Below, in pieces: positions 28,601 through 39,057 of a DNA stretch of 64,000 bases. The stretch is taken from contig JBDRRF010000051.1 in the NCBI GenBank assembly GCA_043825875.1, positions 105,892 to 169,891 on the forward strand. Direction: 5' to 3'. The notes beneath the pieces were generated by a model. It was not told the DNA's origin, ran no database searches, and worked only from the letters and a program-made list of their open reading frames with translations. How positions within the stretch are numbered: the first letter of the stretch is position 1; each line of letters opens with the position of its first letter. The stretch is from Pseudomonadota bacterium. GTDB lineage: Bacteria; Desulfobacterota; Desulfobacteria; Desulfobacterales; RPRI01. The translations under genes and the position numbers were made by a program.

Positions 28601-29139
28601 TATGCCCTCCTTTTGTAAAACATCCCGGCCACTAAAACTCCGATAGCAAAAAACATAGCCAGAGCCACCAGTGAACTTGCCGACAACTGCATCATACCGC
28701 TAAGGCCATGCCCGCTTGGACAGCCGCTTGCCATTCGTGCTCCAACCATGGCAATAATACCACCAAAAATGGCTCCCATAGCTCGTTTGCCTACTGATGG
28801 GCCGAAACGCTCTTTCCATCTTGGAGGAACACTTTCCATTTTAAAACTTTTATCCATTAGAGAAGAGATCAGAGCACCCAGGAAAATACCGATAACCAGC
28901 ATAAACTGCCAGTCAACCTTGACTTTTGTTTTTATAAAATATTTGTTTAAAGCTACATGATCTAAAGCAATTGCTTTTTCAACAATACCGGCAGCTCTCA
29001 CAAATGTAGTTGACGCCCCTAAGTAATGGGTCTTTCCAAGCAATTTTGTGGTTGCAATAACCGAAACAATAGCTAATATGCCCAACAGAGCTCCGGCCAG
29101 ATATGGGCTCCATCCGCCATCATTCGTTTTAAGCTTCAT
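28600..29139 (-). CDS. YeeE/YedE family protein (N-half)
   Basis: WSPYLAGALLG, GARMASGCPSGHG. Confidence 0.88.
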   Translation of the reverse strand: MKLKTNDGGWSPYLAGALLGILAIVSVIATTKLLGKTHYLGASTTFVRAAGIVEKAIALDHVALNKYFIKTKVKVDWQFMLVIGIFLGALISSLMDKSFKMESVPPRWKERFGPSVGKRAMGAIFGGIIAMVGARMASGCPSGHGLSGMMQLSASSLVALAMFFAIGVLVAGMFYKRRA

Positions 29140-29154
29140 AAGAACCTCCTTTCT

Positions 29155-29832
29155 TTAATTACAACAACTACAAGAACAAGTGTTTCCTTTAGACTTTTCT
29201 ATCGCTTCTTTACCTTCCTTATACGAATAATATGCCAACCCTATTGCTCCGATTGAATCAATATAACCTATTTTAAAAATCTCAAATAAAAGACTTGATA
29301 TAAGCAATATTACAGAAAGATACAAACATGTTTTTGTGCAATTGGCATCAGCAATAATTGCGTCAGAATTAAGCTTTCTGCCAACACTAAGTTTCGCCTT
29401 CATCAAAAACAACATTGACAAAATGGATATAACTGAAATTATAATCCCCCATAAAGTCGATACAGGCTTGCTTCCAGCATAAATATTATAAATTGATGTC
29501 ATGGAAAGTCCGATAGCCAATATGTAAAATGAAGTGCCGGTTATAATTAAGGCATTTTTCTCAAACGAATCTTTTGTGCTGCCATCATTTTTAATCCGGA
29601 TAATCATATGCAAAATACCGATTCCTGATGCTACCTCCACAAATGAATCAAGCCCGAATCCGAATAATGATATTGTTTCATCTGTAAAGCCAAATATTAC
29701 AGATACCAATCCTTCTATGATATTGTAGCAGATTGTAATTACTGCCAGCAATAATGCGCGATTTAATAATTTATTGCTGCCAGCGGCATTTACGCCAGCA
29801 GAAGAAATTACAAATGGTTTCAATTCTTTCAT
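29155..29832 (-). CDS. Cation-efflux (CDF-like) membrane protein
   Basis: YNIIEG, GFGLDSFVE, DAIIADA; CSCSCC tail. Confidence 0.8.
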   Translation of the reverse strand: MKELKPFVISSAGVNAAGSNKLLNRALLLAVITICYNIIEGLVSVIFGFTDETISLFGFGLDSFVEVASGIGILHMIIRIKNDGSTKDSFEKNALIITGTSFYILAIGLSMTSIYNIYAGSKPVSTLWGIIISVISILSMLFLMKAKLSVGRKLNSDAIIADANCTKTCLYLSVILLISSLLFEIFKIGYIDSIGAIGLAYYSYKEGKEAIEKSKGNTCSCSCCN

Positions 29833-30173
29833 ATCCCTTTAGCAAGCGCTTCAAAGCTTGCTTTTGCATCCGCAGAAAGCTTATGAAATTCAGAAAGGTG
29901 CCCACAAGGCTGCTCTTCGCATACGGTACAATTCTCTATCCCTTTTTCACGACAGCATTTTCTTATTTCACACATGCGGCAATGCGCTATAAGCCTTCCG
30001 CTTTCGGAAAGGCATCCGTCACAGTTCATATCCTCAGGCTTAAATTCAAATCCATACTTTTTAAAGAAAAATTCAGCCGTCTCTGCCCTGGCATTATCAT
30101 CATCATTTATAGTAGCTAAAAAAACAGGGCAATTTGAACAAACAAGGCCACAGCAACCAATAATTTGTGTCAT
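29829..30173 (-). CDS. DUF3795-type Cys-rich protein
   Basis: CCGLVCSNCP, CDGC, CEIRKCC, NCTVC...PC. Confidence 0.85.
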   Translation of the reverse strand: MTQIIGCCGLVCSNCPVFLATINDDDNARAETAEFFFKKYGFEFKPEDMNCDGCLSESGRLIAHCRMCEIRKCCREKGIENCTVCEEQPCGHLSEFHKLSADAKASFEALAKGI

Positions 30174-30560
30174 TATTAATTTGCTCCTTTTTCGTATATT
30201 CTGCTTATAATTAATATAATTAATAAGCTTTTGTGTAAACCCAATTTTGATCTTAGAGAATTTTTTATATTTTGTAAAGAAATGCGTTTGTTATGTCATA
30301 AAATAATACTTGGCGACAAAGAGGGTTAAAGTTTATAACAAATATATTTTGTTTGGTAATGATTAGATTTACTGAATTGAATAACAATGAATAGTTGATG
30401 ATGGTTTTGGCAGGAACCGCGGGTTAATTCCGCACTGGCGGCAGAGGTAAGATTAAAAAATATTTATAATTCGAAATTCCTTATTCGATATTCGATATTC
30501 GTTTTTATAGATAAACTTTCACTCTTATCCAAAAACGGTTTTGGACGAGAGTGAAATCCA

Positions 30561-31436
30561 TTATTCAGGGTTTGGTACCAAGAAATTTATCTTTTGATTA
30601 TAAATTGAAATATCTAAAGGTAACTCATCAGAAAGTTCACCATCAGATTGGGAACAAATGGCAGGGCCTGAAACCAATAAATTATCAGAGCAAAAATAAA
30701 TACAATCTTTGTTATGATGGTTTATGTTTAAAATGACAAAAAGTAAAAATTTAATCAGTGAATAAAATCCTCCTTTTTTTAATAAACATACATCAAACAA
30801 GCCTTTATCCATCTTCGCATCAGGTGTAATTTTTAAAAATCCGGCATAATAAATACTTTGACTTACAAGAATGAAGGTTCCCTGGTATTCTTGATTATTA
30901 GCTCTTATTTTAATTAAAGGATATTTATATAGGAAGATAGCTTTTATAAACATAAGAAAATATGAACCACGGCCAAACAGCTTTTTTAAGTTATGATTGA
31001 TACATTTTACAACGAAACTATCTATGCCCACACTTTGCATTAATATAAATTTCTTACCATTACTATTTCCAATATATAATTGTTTTTTTTCACCATTAAA
31101 TATTTCATGTAATGCTTTATTTATGTTTTTAGAAATTTTATACTCTTTTGCAAATATATTTACTGTACCGAAAGGAAGTACTATTAATACTTTACTATAT
31201 GAAGAAAGACCATTAATAACTTCATTGATTGTGCCATCTCCACCACAAATTACATAATAATTATAATCGCTAGAAGAATACTCTTTTGCTATCCTTAAAG
31301 CATCATTTGACCCTTTTGTATATTCGACTTTGAAAGCATAATTGCGTGAAGAAAAATAGTCAAATATGACACTTTCATATTTTTCAACTCGCCCACCACC
31401 AGAGAATCGATTTATTATAATTAGATATTTATTCAT
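30561..31436 (-). CDS. Diacylglycerol/lipid kinase family protein
   Basis: INRFSG, GGDGTINEV, PFGTVN, DGE. Confidence 0.9.
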   Translation of the reverse strand: MNKYLIIINRFSGGGRVEKYESVIFDYFSSRNYAFKVEYTKGSNDALRIAKEYSSSDYNYYVICGGDGTINEVINGLSSYSKVLIVLPFGTVNIFAKEYKISKNINKALHEIFNGEKKQLYIGNSNGKKFILMQSVGIDSFVVKCINHNLKKLFGRGSYFLMFIKAIFLYKYPLIKIRANNQEYQGTFILVSQSIYYAGFLKITPDAKMDKGLFDVCLLKKGGFYSLIKFLLFVILNINHHNKDCIYFCSDNLLVSGPAICSQSDGELSDELPLDISIYNQKINFLVPNPE

Positions 31437-31499
31437 GGTAAATACTATAATTGCCTACCTATTGATTTCTTTTTATCACGACGAAACAACCTAGGTAAT

Positions 31500-31744
31500 G
31501 AAGTCAGGTCTACATTTGACCTTTAGTTACTTATTCTTTTAAAGTTTTAATCCCTTTTACTAATTTCCGGCTCATACATAAATGCGATAAAATCCTTCAA
31601 CCGCCCCTGCTTTTTAGGCGTAATCATTTCAAATATATAATCTTTATACAGCCAATCCCATTTCTTGGCAAATGAAAGATAGCCCTTGTAGCTACTCCAG
31701 GGATATTCATCAGGATGTTTTACTATACCGGCTTTAACAGGGTT
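31500..31744 (-). pseudogene. REP-associated tyrosine transposase (Y1) remnant
   Basis: Manual translation NPVKAGIVKHPDEYPWSSYKGYL... Confidence 0.75.
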
Positions 31745-32016
31745 TTAAGGAGAATCCATTGCTAAAGCTGGTAAATATTATCTTGAAATTTAGAGCCACT
31801 TTTTTAAATGGCGTGTCAGTCTGCACTCACTAAGTCGGACACCGTTTTGTCTCCCGCCCCGCATACAACATTTCTTTAAAAAGCATATTATAGCGTTTGT
31901 CAGAATAACATTCCTTATTACAGCAAAAATGTTGAAGCTACAGAATGCTTTATGCTTTTCCAATCGGAACAGATTTATGACAAACGCTATAAAATGGAAC
32001 TTCTTCAAAAATTACT

Positions 32017-32077
32017 TAAACAAAAAAGGGTTCAAGGATGATAAATGAAAAATATCACTTAATCCCTTGAACCCTTT
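32017..32077 (-). terminator. Terminator downstream of the catabolic cluster
   Basis: AAAGGGTTCAAGG...CCTTGAACCCTTT followed by a T-run on the minus strand. Confidence 0.65.
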
Positions 32078-32153
32078 AATAATGAACAACCCCATTTAAT
32101 TCTCCCTATGTTAAGGGAAAAGTGAGTTGTTAAAACCTTTCAAAAAATGCGAA

Positions 32154-33536
32154 CTATTTTTTCTGTTCGTATGCTTTTTCTATCATCTGCCCTTTGGCAC
32201 CAGGACCTGCTGCTCTTTCCAGTGTATTGGGAGGAATGATAGTGATAGATGTTCTGCATTTTAGTTTAATATGCATTGCATCTTCCAATTCCTTTTTAAG
32301 AGCATTTTTATCATCTTCCGAACTAATATCCATTCCACATTCCACTTTAATCTTCATTGGAGGTGGTACACCCGGCCCAGGCTGATCTAATACTATTCTC
32401 ATCTCTCCTGTTGTTTTCGGCTCTAATGAACTGACAACATTTTTAATAGCCGCAGGATAGACATTTACTCCTTTTATGATAAGCATATCATCGCTTCTGC
32501 CGAGAATCTTGATTCGTGGGAATTTCCATCCGCATTTGCATGTTTCTGTAAACACCTGGAAAATATCTCCCGGAGACCACTTGAAGAAAGGACGTGCCAT
32601 CCATTGTAGATTAGTCATTCGGCTTTCTCCAACCATGCCATCTGTAATATTCCTGATCGGCTCTTTTGTAGACGGATCAACCAAATCTTCCATAATCAAG
32701 ATGAAATCACGAGTCAACAAATGCATTCCCTGATAATCATCCAGATCGCATGAGCCACCTATATAGCCACCAAAAGAATCATAAAGGCGGCAACGATAAG
32801 CGTCTTCAATCTTTTTCTTTACAGCCGGTATGGCAGCAGCAGGAGCACCGGAACTAATCAGTCTTTTGAGCCCTAATTGACTTACATCTTTTTTTAATAT
32901 TTTCGGTGTGGCTTCTATAAGATATTCAATAAGAGGTCCTGTAGCAAGTAATGTCGTAGGCTTAGTTACATCAAGCATTCTAAGAATTTTTTCCGTTCCT
33001 GCCTCAGCACCTATCGGAATAGGCAAGCATCCATACCATCTTAATGCATGTTCATATATTCTCAGACCTGCCAGGTTCGCAGCGCCTGCAGCATATAATA
33101 CTCTTTCTCCGGGACGTAAACCCATTTTCCAGAAATGACGCCCTGCCATATGATGATGTATTTCATAATCTTCTTTTGTAAACAAATAGGGAAAAGTCGG
33201 CTCACCGGTAGTTCCTGTGGTTGAACCCAGATGAATTATTTTGTCTATGGGAGCACAAAGATTTGTTCCAAAAGGATGCCCATATTTTTCAGAAGATGCT
33301 GTTTGTGTTTCTCTATCATCAGTTTTTGCAAAATAAAGATTAAGGTTTCTGAAATCATCCCATGTTTTAATATCTTCGGGTTTTACTCCAATTTCATCGA
33401 ATTTCTTTTGGTAAAAATCCGGAGAATTATCATAAATGTATTTTATTTGTTTTTTAAGTTTTGTCATCTGTAGTTGCCGGAGTTCATCTGCAGGCATATC
33501 CTCCAATTCCGCCAACTCTTTATCATAATCAATCAT
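32154..33536 (-). CDS. Phenylacetate-CoA-ligase-like aryl/acyl-CoA ligase
   Basis: STTGTTGEPT, CKCG, LGRSDDMLIIKGVNVYP. Confidence 0.9.
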   Translation of the reverse strand: MIDYDKELAELEDMPADELRQLQMTKLKKQIKYIYDNSPDFYQKKFDEIGVKPEDIKTWDDFRNLNLYFAKTDDRETQTASSEKYGHPFGTNLCAPIDKIIHLGSTTGTTGEPTFPYLFTKEDYEIHHHMAGRHFWKMGLRPGERVLYAAGAANLAGLRIYEHALRWYGCLPIPIGAEAGTEKILRMLDVTKPTTLLATGPLIEYLIEATPKILKKDVSQLGLKRLISSGAPAAAIPAVKKKIEDAYRCRLYDSFGGYIGGSCDLDDYQGMHLLTRDFILIMEDLVDPSTKEPIRNITDGMVGESRMTNLQWMARPFFKWSPGDIFQVFTETCKCGWKFPRIKILGRSDDMLIIKGVNVYPAAIKNVVSSLEPKTTGEMRIVLDQPGPGVPPPMKIKVECGMDISSEDDKNALKKELEDAMHIKLKCRTSITIIPPNTLERAAGPGAKGQMIEKAYEQKK

Positions 33537-33663
33537 TTCTAAAATCTCCTTGTCTTGTCGATATCAAACCATTTTGACCAAGGCAATTATCATATGTTAT
33601 TTTTTTACGCAACCAATTTTTCTTTATTTTACTACAATCTATACAAATAGACTCCCAATCAAG

Positions 33664-33694
33664 CATATACCCCTGGGATGACCAGAGGTATATG
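33664..33694. terminator. Intergenic hairpin
   Basis: CATATACC-CCTGG...CCAGA-GGTATATG. Confidence 0.45.
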
Positions 33695-33763
33695 TCTAAC
33701 ATATCGATTGTATAAATCTAATCCGGACAAACCCGCCGGATTAAAAGATAATTCCATTTTCCA

Positions 33764-34669
33764 CTATTCAAGTTTATAAACTCTCATAGCATTATCCCTT
33801 AATACCTTTTTCTTTATTTCATCTTTTATGGGAAGCTCAAGAAACTCTTTCTTACATCTTGTAAGGCCGAATCCGTTAGTAGCCCACATTACTTTATCCT
33901 GCCCTCTTCCGTTAATAAATTTAATTATATCGGGATGGAGATCGGAAGGATAATATGCCCCAATATTGCCGTAAACATTATTATGCCTCCAGATCATGGA
34001 TATCCACTCTGAAATCCATGGGAATCCGGTGTGAGTAAGCACAATAGTAAGATCCGGAAAATCCATGGCGATTTCATCTGCATACATCGGATGTCCGGGC
34101 TCACTCGGCAATGCCTCGGCTGAATGTCCTACCTGAAAAGACACAGGTATTCCCATATCAAGACATTTACTGTACAAAGGATACATTTTTTTATCATCCG
34201 GCCTGATTCCGTAGCTGATAGGATGTGCAAATACAAACTTGCAGCCGTAAGCTTCATAGGCCTGATCTATTTCTTCCAGACTTTCTTTTATTCTGAAAGG
34301 GTTCCAGCTTGCACCACCTATTATCCGGCCTTTTGATTTATCAACAAAATTCTTTATTGTTTCAACAGACCAGTTTACCCAGAATGTATGATCGCGTCTG
34401 GACCAGTTCTTGGCACATTCCATAAAAATGTACTGCACCCCGATCTTGTCCATTTCCTCGACCACACCTTCTACCGAACCGGGGCCCATCATACCGAGCA
34501 CTTTCCATTCTTCGCCGGGTTTTAATCCCAATCTTTTAGCCACACCGGCAAAGGTACCCTTTACCATTTGCTTAACTTCACTTATTTCAAACATCGGCTT
34601 GGCTATCTCAGGATCGGCATAAAATGCCCTGCACATGCTGTCTACAGCCATGACGTCTTTTAATTCCAT
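33764..34669 (-). CDS. Amidohydrolase-2 family protein
   Basis: YPLYSKC, QVGHS, DFPDLTIVLTHTGFPW, KVMWATN, KVLRDNA. Confidence 0.88.
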   Translation of the reverse strand: MELKDVMAVDSMCRAFYADPEIAKPMFEISEVKQMVKGTFAGVAKRLGLKPGEEWKVLGMMGPGSVEGVVEEMDKIGVQYIFMECAKNWSRRDHTFWVNWSVETIKNFVDKSKGRIIGGASWNPFRIKESLEEIDQAYEAYGCKFVFAHPISYGIRPDDKKMYPLYSKCLDMGIPVSFQVGHSAEALPSEPGHPMYADEIAMDFPDLTIVLTHTGFPWISEWISMIWRHNNVYGNIGAYYPSDLHPDIIKFINGRGQDKVMWATNGFGLTRCKKEFLELPIKDEIKKKVLRDNAMRVYKLE

Positions 34670-34719
34670 CTCATCTCCTCCTTAATTTCTGCTTTTTAAC
34701 ATTAACAGATTCCAGAATA

Positions 34720-36909
34720 TCAAGCACCAACCTGTACATCCCAAACAGGAGCAGTGCCCGGAGGAAGAGCATCCTGGCATAACAATGTTGTACAGCTTGG
34801 GCAATAGAACTCATGATAAACAAGAAATCTGTCGGTCTGAAGATAATTTGCTCCGATATCGCAGCCTTTAATCTCGGCTTTTAATGCGTGATCTTTATAA
34901 TTCTGATCATTTCCGCAAAATACATGGCCGCATTTTAGGCACTGGATCTTCTTGTCTTTGGTTATCTGAAGATTTTCATGAATTCTTATGATACCTTCTT
35001 CAATCGGAGCACAGTTCAGCGCAGGAGCTTTACATGTTGATGCAGCACGTTCTCTTCTTTTTGCCTTGAGAAGTTCTCTTTGTTTTTCCGTTGCTTCTAT
35101 GTTAATGCCCTCATTTTTGCCTTCAATTACTACACCATATATATCTATTGCATATTCAGGAGTAATTATCAGATTTATAATATCGGCTAAAACTCTTTCA
35201 GGTTCACGATCCAGAGGATCTCCATACCCGCCTGCTCCTACTCCATACAGATAGTAGATATCACCCTGGAAAGCAGGTGTTGCGGAAACCATGGTAGGCC
35301 ATTCTTTTTGATCGCCTCCAGTTGCTTTAATATCTTCAAGGCAGGTAATAGCCTTGCCACTTGCCAGATATGCGTCACTTGTGGTGTTATTGGCAACGTA
35401 ATTTTTATAAGGAGCCGGCTGATGGCCTCCCCATAATCCGGGACCACCTGTGGTTTCCTTGTTCCAGCCAAGAATAAGAACCTGAACTCCGGGAGTATTA
35501 TGAACCTTATAAATAACTTCCATACCTGTACCACCGCGGTATTTACCGGCGCCGGCTGAATTTATGGCCTGACGTTTTACAAGATAAATAAAAGGCATGA
35601 TTGATTCATACATTTCAACATCACCGGCTATAACTTCAGGCGTTACTGGAAAGCAACCCGAATCAACACCGTCAAAACCGGAACCGGCACCCTGACCACC
35701 GCTTAAGATATCAAAAAATACTGTCCCCATAACAAGTCCATACTGATTGGGACCGCCCCAGGCTATAACTGCCGAATTAGGCGGTGAACAGGCATTCTGA
35801 TCGCCATAATATTCAGGAACTCCCACCATCATTCTGGAAACCAGAGTATTTAATATAGCGCAAAGCTGTAAAACATGGAAAGCCGACATGCTTACAGGTG
35901 CAGGCCAGTTTGCATTTTCTATACAACCTTCAGGAGCTATAATATCTACAACATCTAAAACTCCTCTGTTCCACTGCTCTACATAAAACAACCGGGTGCA
36001 TAAAATTGTGTAAACAACGCCTACTACTGATTCATAAACCATGTTGGTCGGGCCGGGCCTCTGGGGATCTGAACCGGTAAAGTCAACAGTAAGTCTGTCT
36101 CCTTTTTTGGTAAGTGTTGTAACTATTTTGGCCAGATTGTAGTTTTTACCGTCATGATCTATATAGGTTACATCCCGCCAGACACCATCGGGAAGTTCTT
36201 TCAGTTTGGCCTTGGCATATGCTCTTGTATCATTGATCATTTGTACAAATATGGACTGCATGTCTTCTTTGCCATATTTATTAAATAATTTTATTATACG
36301 ATCCTTGCCCACATTTAATCCTGCAACACGTGCACGGCAGTCAAGTGTTATTCCTCCCGGATCACGGACGGCTCTTTGAAGAAGCATATATGTGTCTTTG
36401 CGCTCAACACCTTTATCCATGAGTTTCAAACCCGGAATTCTGATTCCTTCATGAAATATTTCAGTTGCACTCGGACACATTCCGCCGGGCTCTATAGCTC
36501 CTACTTCACCTGTATGAAACAGTGCTGAAAGCCAGCCTATCATCTCGCCTTGGTAATACACAGGACAAAAACAGGTTTGATCAGGTGCATGAATTCCACC
36601 GATGTACGGGTCGTTAAACATGAAAACATCGCCATCGTTTATGCCGGGATTCTCAGTATACCACTCTATAACTTTTCCAATTTGTTTTTCTACACCGCTT
36701 ATATGCAGCAACAAACCGGCTGAACTTACTATGGTTTCTCCGTTTGGTTGATGCAGACTGAAAAGAACCTCTTTGGCCTCAGTTACAACCACCGAGCCGG
36801 AAACTTTCTCCATAGTGGAACGTCCCTCCCACAAGGTCTGCCATATACTGTGCTTGACAACCTCATAGGTAATAGGATCTATTTTAAAATCACAACTATC
36901 TGTACTCAT
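34720..36909 (-). CDS. Hydantoinase B/oxoprolinase (acetone-carboxylase alpha-like) fused to a gamma-subunit-like Zn domain
   Basis: NDPYIGGIHAPD, GAGKYRGG, GGYGDPLDR; C-terminal CLKCGHVFC...EFYCPSC. Confidence 0.9.
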   Translation of the reverse strand: MSTDSCDFKIDPITYEVVKHSIWQTLWEGRSTMEKVSGSVVVTEAKEVLFSLHQPNGETIVSSAGLLLHISGVEKQIGKVIEWYTENPGINDGDVFMFNDPYIGGIHAPDQTCFCPVYYQGEMIGWLSALFHTGEVGAIEPGGMCPSATEIFHEGIRIPGLKLMDKGVERKDTYMLLQRAVRDPGGITLDCRARVAGLNVGKDRIIKLFNKYGKEDMQSIFVQMINDTRAYAKAKLKELPDGVWRDVTYIDHDGKNYNLAKIVTTLTKKGDRLTVDFTGSDPQRPGPTNMVYESVVGVVYTILCTRLFYVEQWNRGVLDVVDIIAPEGCIENANWPAPVSMSAFHVLQLCAILNTLVSRMMVGVPEYYGDQNACSPPNSAVIAWGGPNQYGLVMGTVFFDILSGGQGAGSGFDGVDSGCFPVTPEVIAGDVEMYESIMPFIYLVKRQAINSAGAGKYRGGTGMEVIYKVHNTPGVQVLILGWNKETTGGPGLWGGHQPAPYKNYVANNTTSDAYLASGKAITCLEDIKATGGDQKEWPTMVSATPAFQGDIYYLYGVGAGGYGDPLDREPERVLADIINLIITPEYAIDIYGVVIEGKNEGINIEATEKQRELLKAKRRERAASTCKAPALNCAPIEEGIIRIHENLQITKDKKIQCLKCGHVFCGNDQNYKDHALKAEIKGCDIGANYLQTDRFLVYHEFYCPSCTTLLCQDALPPGTAPVWDVQVGA

Positions 36910-36937
36910 ATATATATTCCTCCTCTACGGTCAAAAA

Positions 36938-39043
36938 TTAAAGTTTTACGATAACCACGTTCATGTACGCATCAACCTCCGCCAATTGATCGGGTAGGAT
37001 AACCATGGTGGTACTCGGTGTTTCAATAATGGCCGGGCCTTCTATCTTGTTACCATATTTCAGCTTCCTGGAATCAAAGATATTGGTTTCTACATAGTCA
37101 TTGTATTTTCTGAAAAAGGCGGGCCTGGTCCCTTTGATAGCCGGTGAAGAATCGGCAATAGGCTCATAATCAGCCTTTTCAAGGGAAGGTTTAAGAAGTT
37201 TACTTACAGCATTCAACCTGAAAGTTACAACCTGCATTCCCGCTTCACGGAACCCGGAACCCTTGCCGTAGATTTGCTCGTATCTGGCTTCCCAATCGTT
37301 CATAATCTGCCGTACATCCTCGGCATTAAGCTTTTTGGTCGGAGCCGGAATATTAACTTCATGTACCTGCCTGTTATATCTTAAATCCAGCTCACGGTGA
37401 AGCTCAACATCTTCTGCTGCTATGCCTTCAAGAGCCATATCTGCTATCGCATGCTTTTCCATTTCTTCAAAAACAGCATTAAGATGTGTTGGATCTGCAG
37501 GCATAATATTAACATCGGTCTGGGTGTAAACATGAATTACATCCGAACAGGCAATGCCGAATGCGGAAAATACCGAAGACTGAGGAGGAATTATAACCTT
37601 TTTAGCCCCAAGATCTTTGGAAAAAGATGCACAGTGCATGGGACCGTTACCACCATATGAAAGAAGCACGAAATCTCTCGGATCATGTCCTTTGTCAATT
37701 ACTGACTGCCTTAAGTTGTCCGCCATAAATGAATTTATAATATCATATATACCGGCTGCTGCCTGAACCACATCCATGCAAAGAGGATCAGCAATTTTCT
37801 CTTTGATCGCCTTGTACGCTTTATCTTTATTTATGTTAAGCTTGCCGCCGAAGAAATAGCCCGGATTCAGATAACCAAGTACAACATCAACATCGGTTAC
37901 TGTGGGTTCTGTGCCTCCACGCTCATAGCAAACAGGGCCTGGGGTTGAACCGGCACTGTCGGGCCCAACTTTAAGGGCACCTGTAACAGGATCGATCCTT
38001 GAGATTGTTCCGCCTGCCGCTCCGATACATGTGATATTGATAATCGGGATGGTTACACGAAAGCGCATCATGATGGGCTCTTTCTTGAAAGACCATTCAC
38101 CGTCTGCCAGAACGCTCACGTCAAAACTCGTGCCGCCGACATCTGTTGTGATTATGTTTTTTTCTCCAAGAATGCTACCCAAATACTTGCTTCCTACAAC
38201 GCCGCCTACAGGCCCTGACTCAATGGTGGAAACAGGTCTTGCAGTCTCCCAGCTTGTTACTCCGCCGTAGGCATGCATAATCGAAATATCCTGTTTCAAC
38301 CCGGAATTCTTCAGCTCGTGGTTTAAAGAATCAATATATTCACGAGTCAACTTTCCTATACAGGCATCGATAATTACAGTCATCGTACGGGCATATTCTC
38401 TGAGTTTGGGAGATATTTCATGAGATACCGCTAAATAAATATCCGGATAATTCTCCTCTACCAGCTTTTTCAATGCGATTTCATGTTCAGCGTTTGTAAA
38501 AGACCATAACAGACATATAGCTATAGCCTCACAACCTTCCGCTGCCAGTTCGTCAATGGCCTGTTTTGCCTGCTTCATATCAAGGGGTATGACAGCCTTA
38601 CCGAAACAGTCCATACGTTCAACTATACCTTTAATTAATGGACGAGGCACAAGCGGCTCTGGTTTGCGGCATACAGCCTGATGCTTGACTTCTTCTTCAC
38701 TCAAACCGTCTGTTTTTGCACCGGCTCTCATAATAATGGAAATATCTTCATGCCCGGCTGTGGTTAAAAGACCTACTTTTCCGAATGTACGGTTTATAAC
38801 AGCATTGGTTCCAAGAGTCGTACCATGACCTACATAAACCGTACTAGGCAAGATATCTTCCAGCTTCTTTCCCATCTCAGAAGCCCCGTCCCGCAAAGAA
38901 CTGATAACACCGGCCTTAAGATCCCCATAGTTAGTAAGAGCCTTACCGATAGTTACTTTTCCGTGCTTATCAATGATAACCGTGTCGGTAAAGGTTCCCC
39001 CGGTATCTATACCAATAATATATTTTTCCTTTTCTTCTGCCAT
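36938..39043 (-). CDS. Hydantoinase A/oxoprolinase ATP-binding subunit
   Basis: GIDTGGTFTD, HGTT, SGPVGG, DVGGTSFD, GPDSAGSTPGPVCY. Confidence 0.95.
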   Translation of the reverse strand: MAEEKEKYIIGIDTGGTFTDTVIIDKHGKVTIGKALTNYGDLKAGVISSLRDGASEMGKKLEDILPSTVYVGHGTTLGTNAVINRTFGKVGLLTTAGHEDISIIMRAGAKTDGLSEEEVKHQAVCRKPEPLVPRPLIKGIVERMDCFGKAVIPLDMKQAKQAIDELAAEGCEAIAICLLWSFTNAEHEIALKKLVEENYPDIYLAVSHEISPKLREYARTMTVIIDACIGKLTREYIDSLNHELKNSGLKQDISIMHAYGGVTSWETARPVSTIESGPVGGVVGSKYLGSILGEKNIITTDVGGTSFDVSVLADGEWSFKKEPIMMRFRVTIPIINITCIGAAGGTISRIDPVTGALKVGPDSAGSTPGPVCYERGGTEPTVTDVDVVLGYLNPGYFFGGKLNINKDKAYKAIKEKIADPLCMDVVQAAAGIYDIINSFMADNLRQSVIDKGHDPRDFVLLSYGGNGPMHCASFSKDLGAKKVIIPPQSSVFSAFGIACSDVIHVYTQTDVNIMPADPTHLNAVFEEMEKHAIADMALEGIAAEDVELHRELDLRYNRQVHEVNIPAPTKKLNAEDVRQIMNDWEARYEQIYGKGSGFREAGMQVVTFRLNAVSKLLKPSLEKADYEPIADSSPAIKGTRPAFFRKYNDYVETNIFDSRKLKYGNKIEGPAIIETPSTTMVILPDQLAEVDAYMNVVIVKL

Positions 39044-39057
39044 ATTATTCTCCCCTT

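Noticed and set aside
31793..31862. GAGCCACTTTTTAAA resembling the MITE left end
   Set aside because: No matching right TIR or shared core was found.
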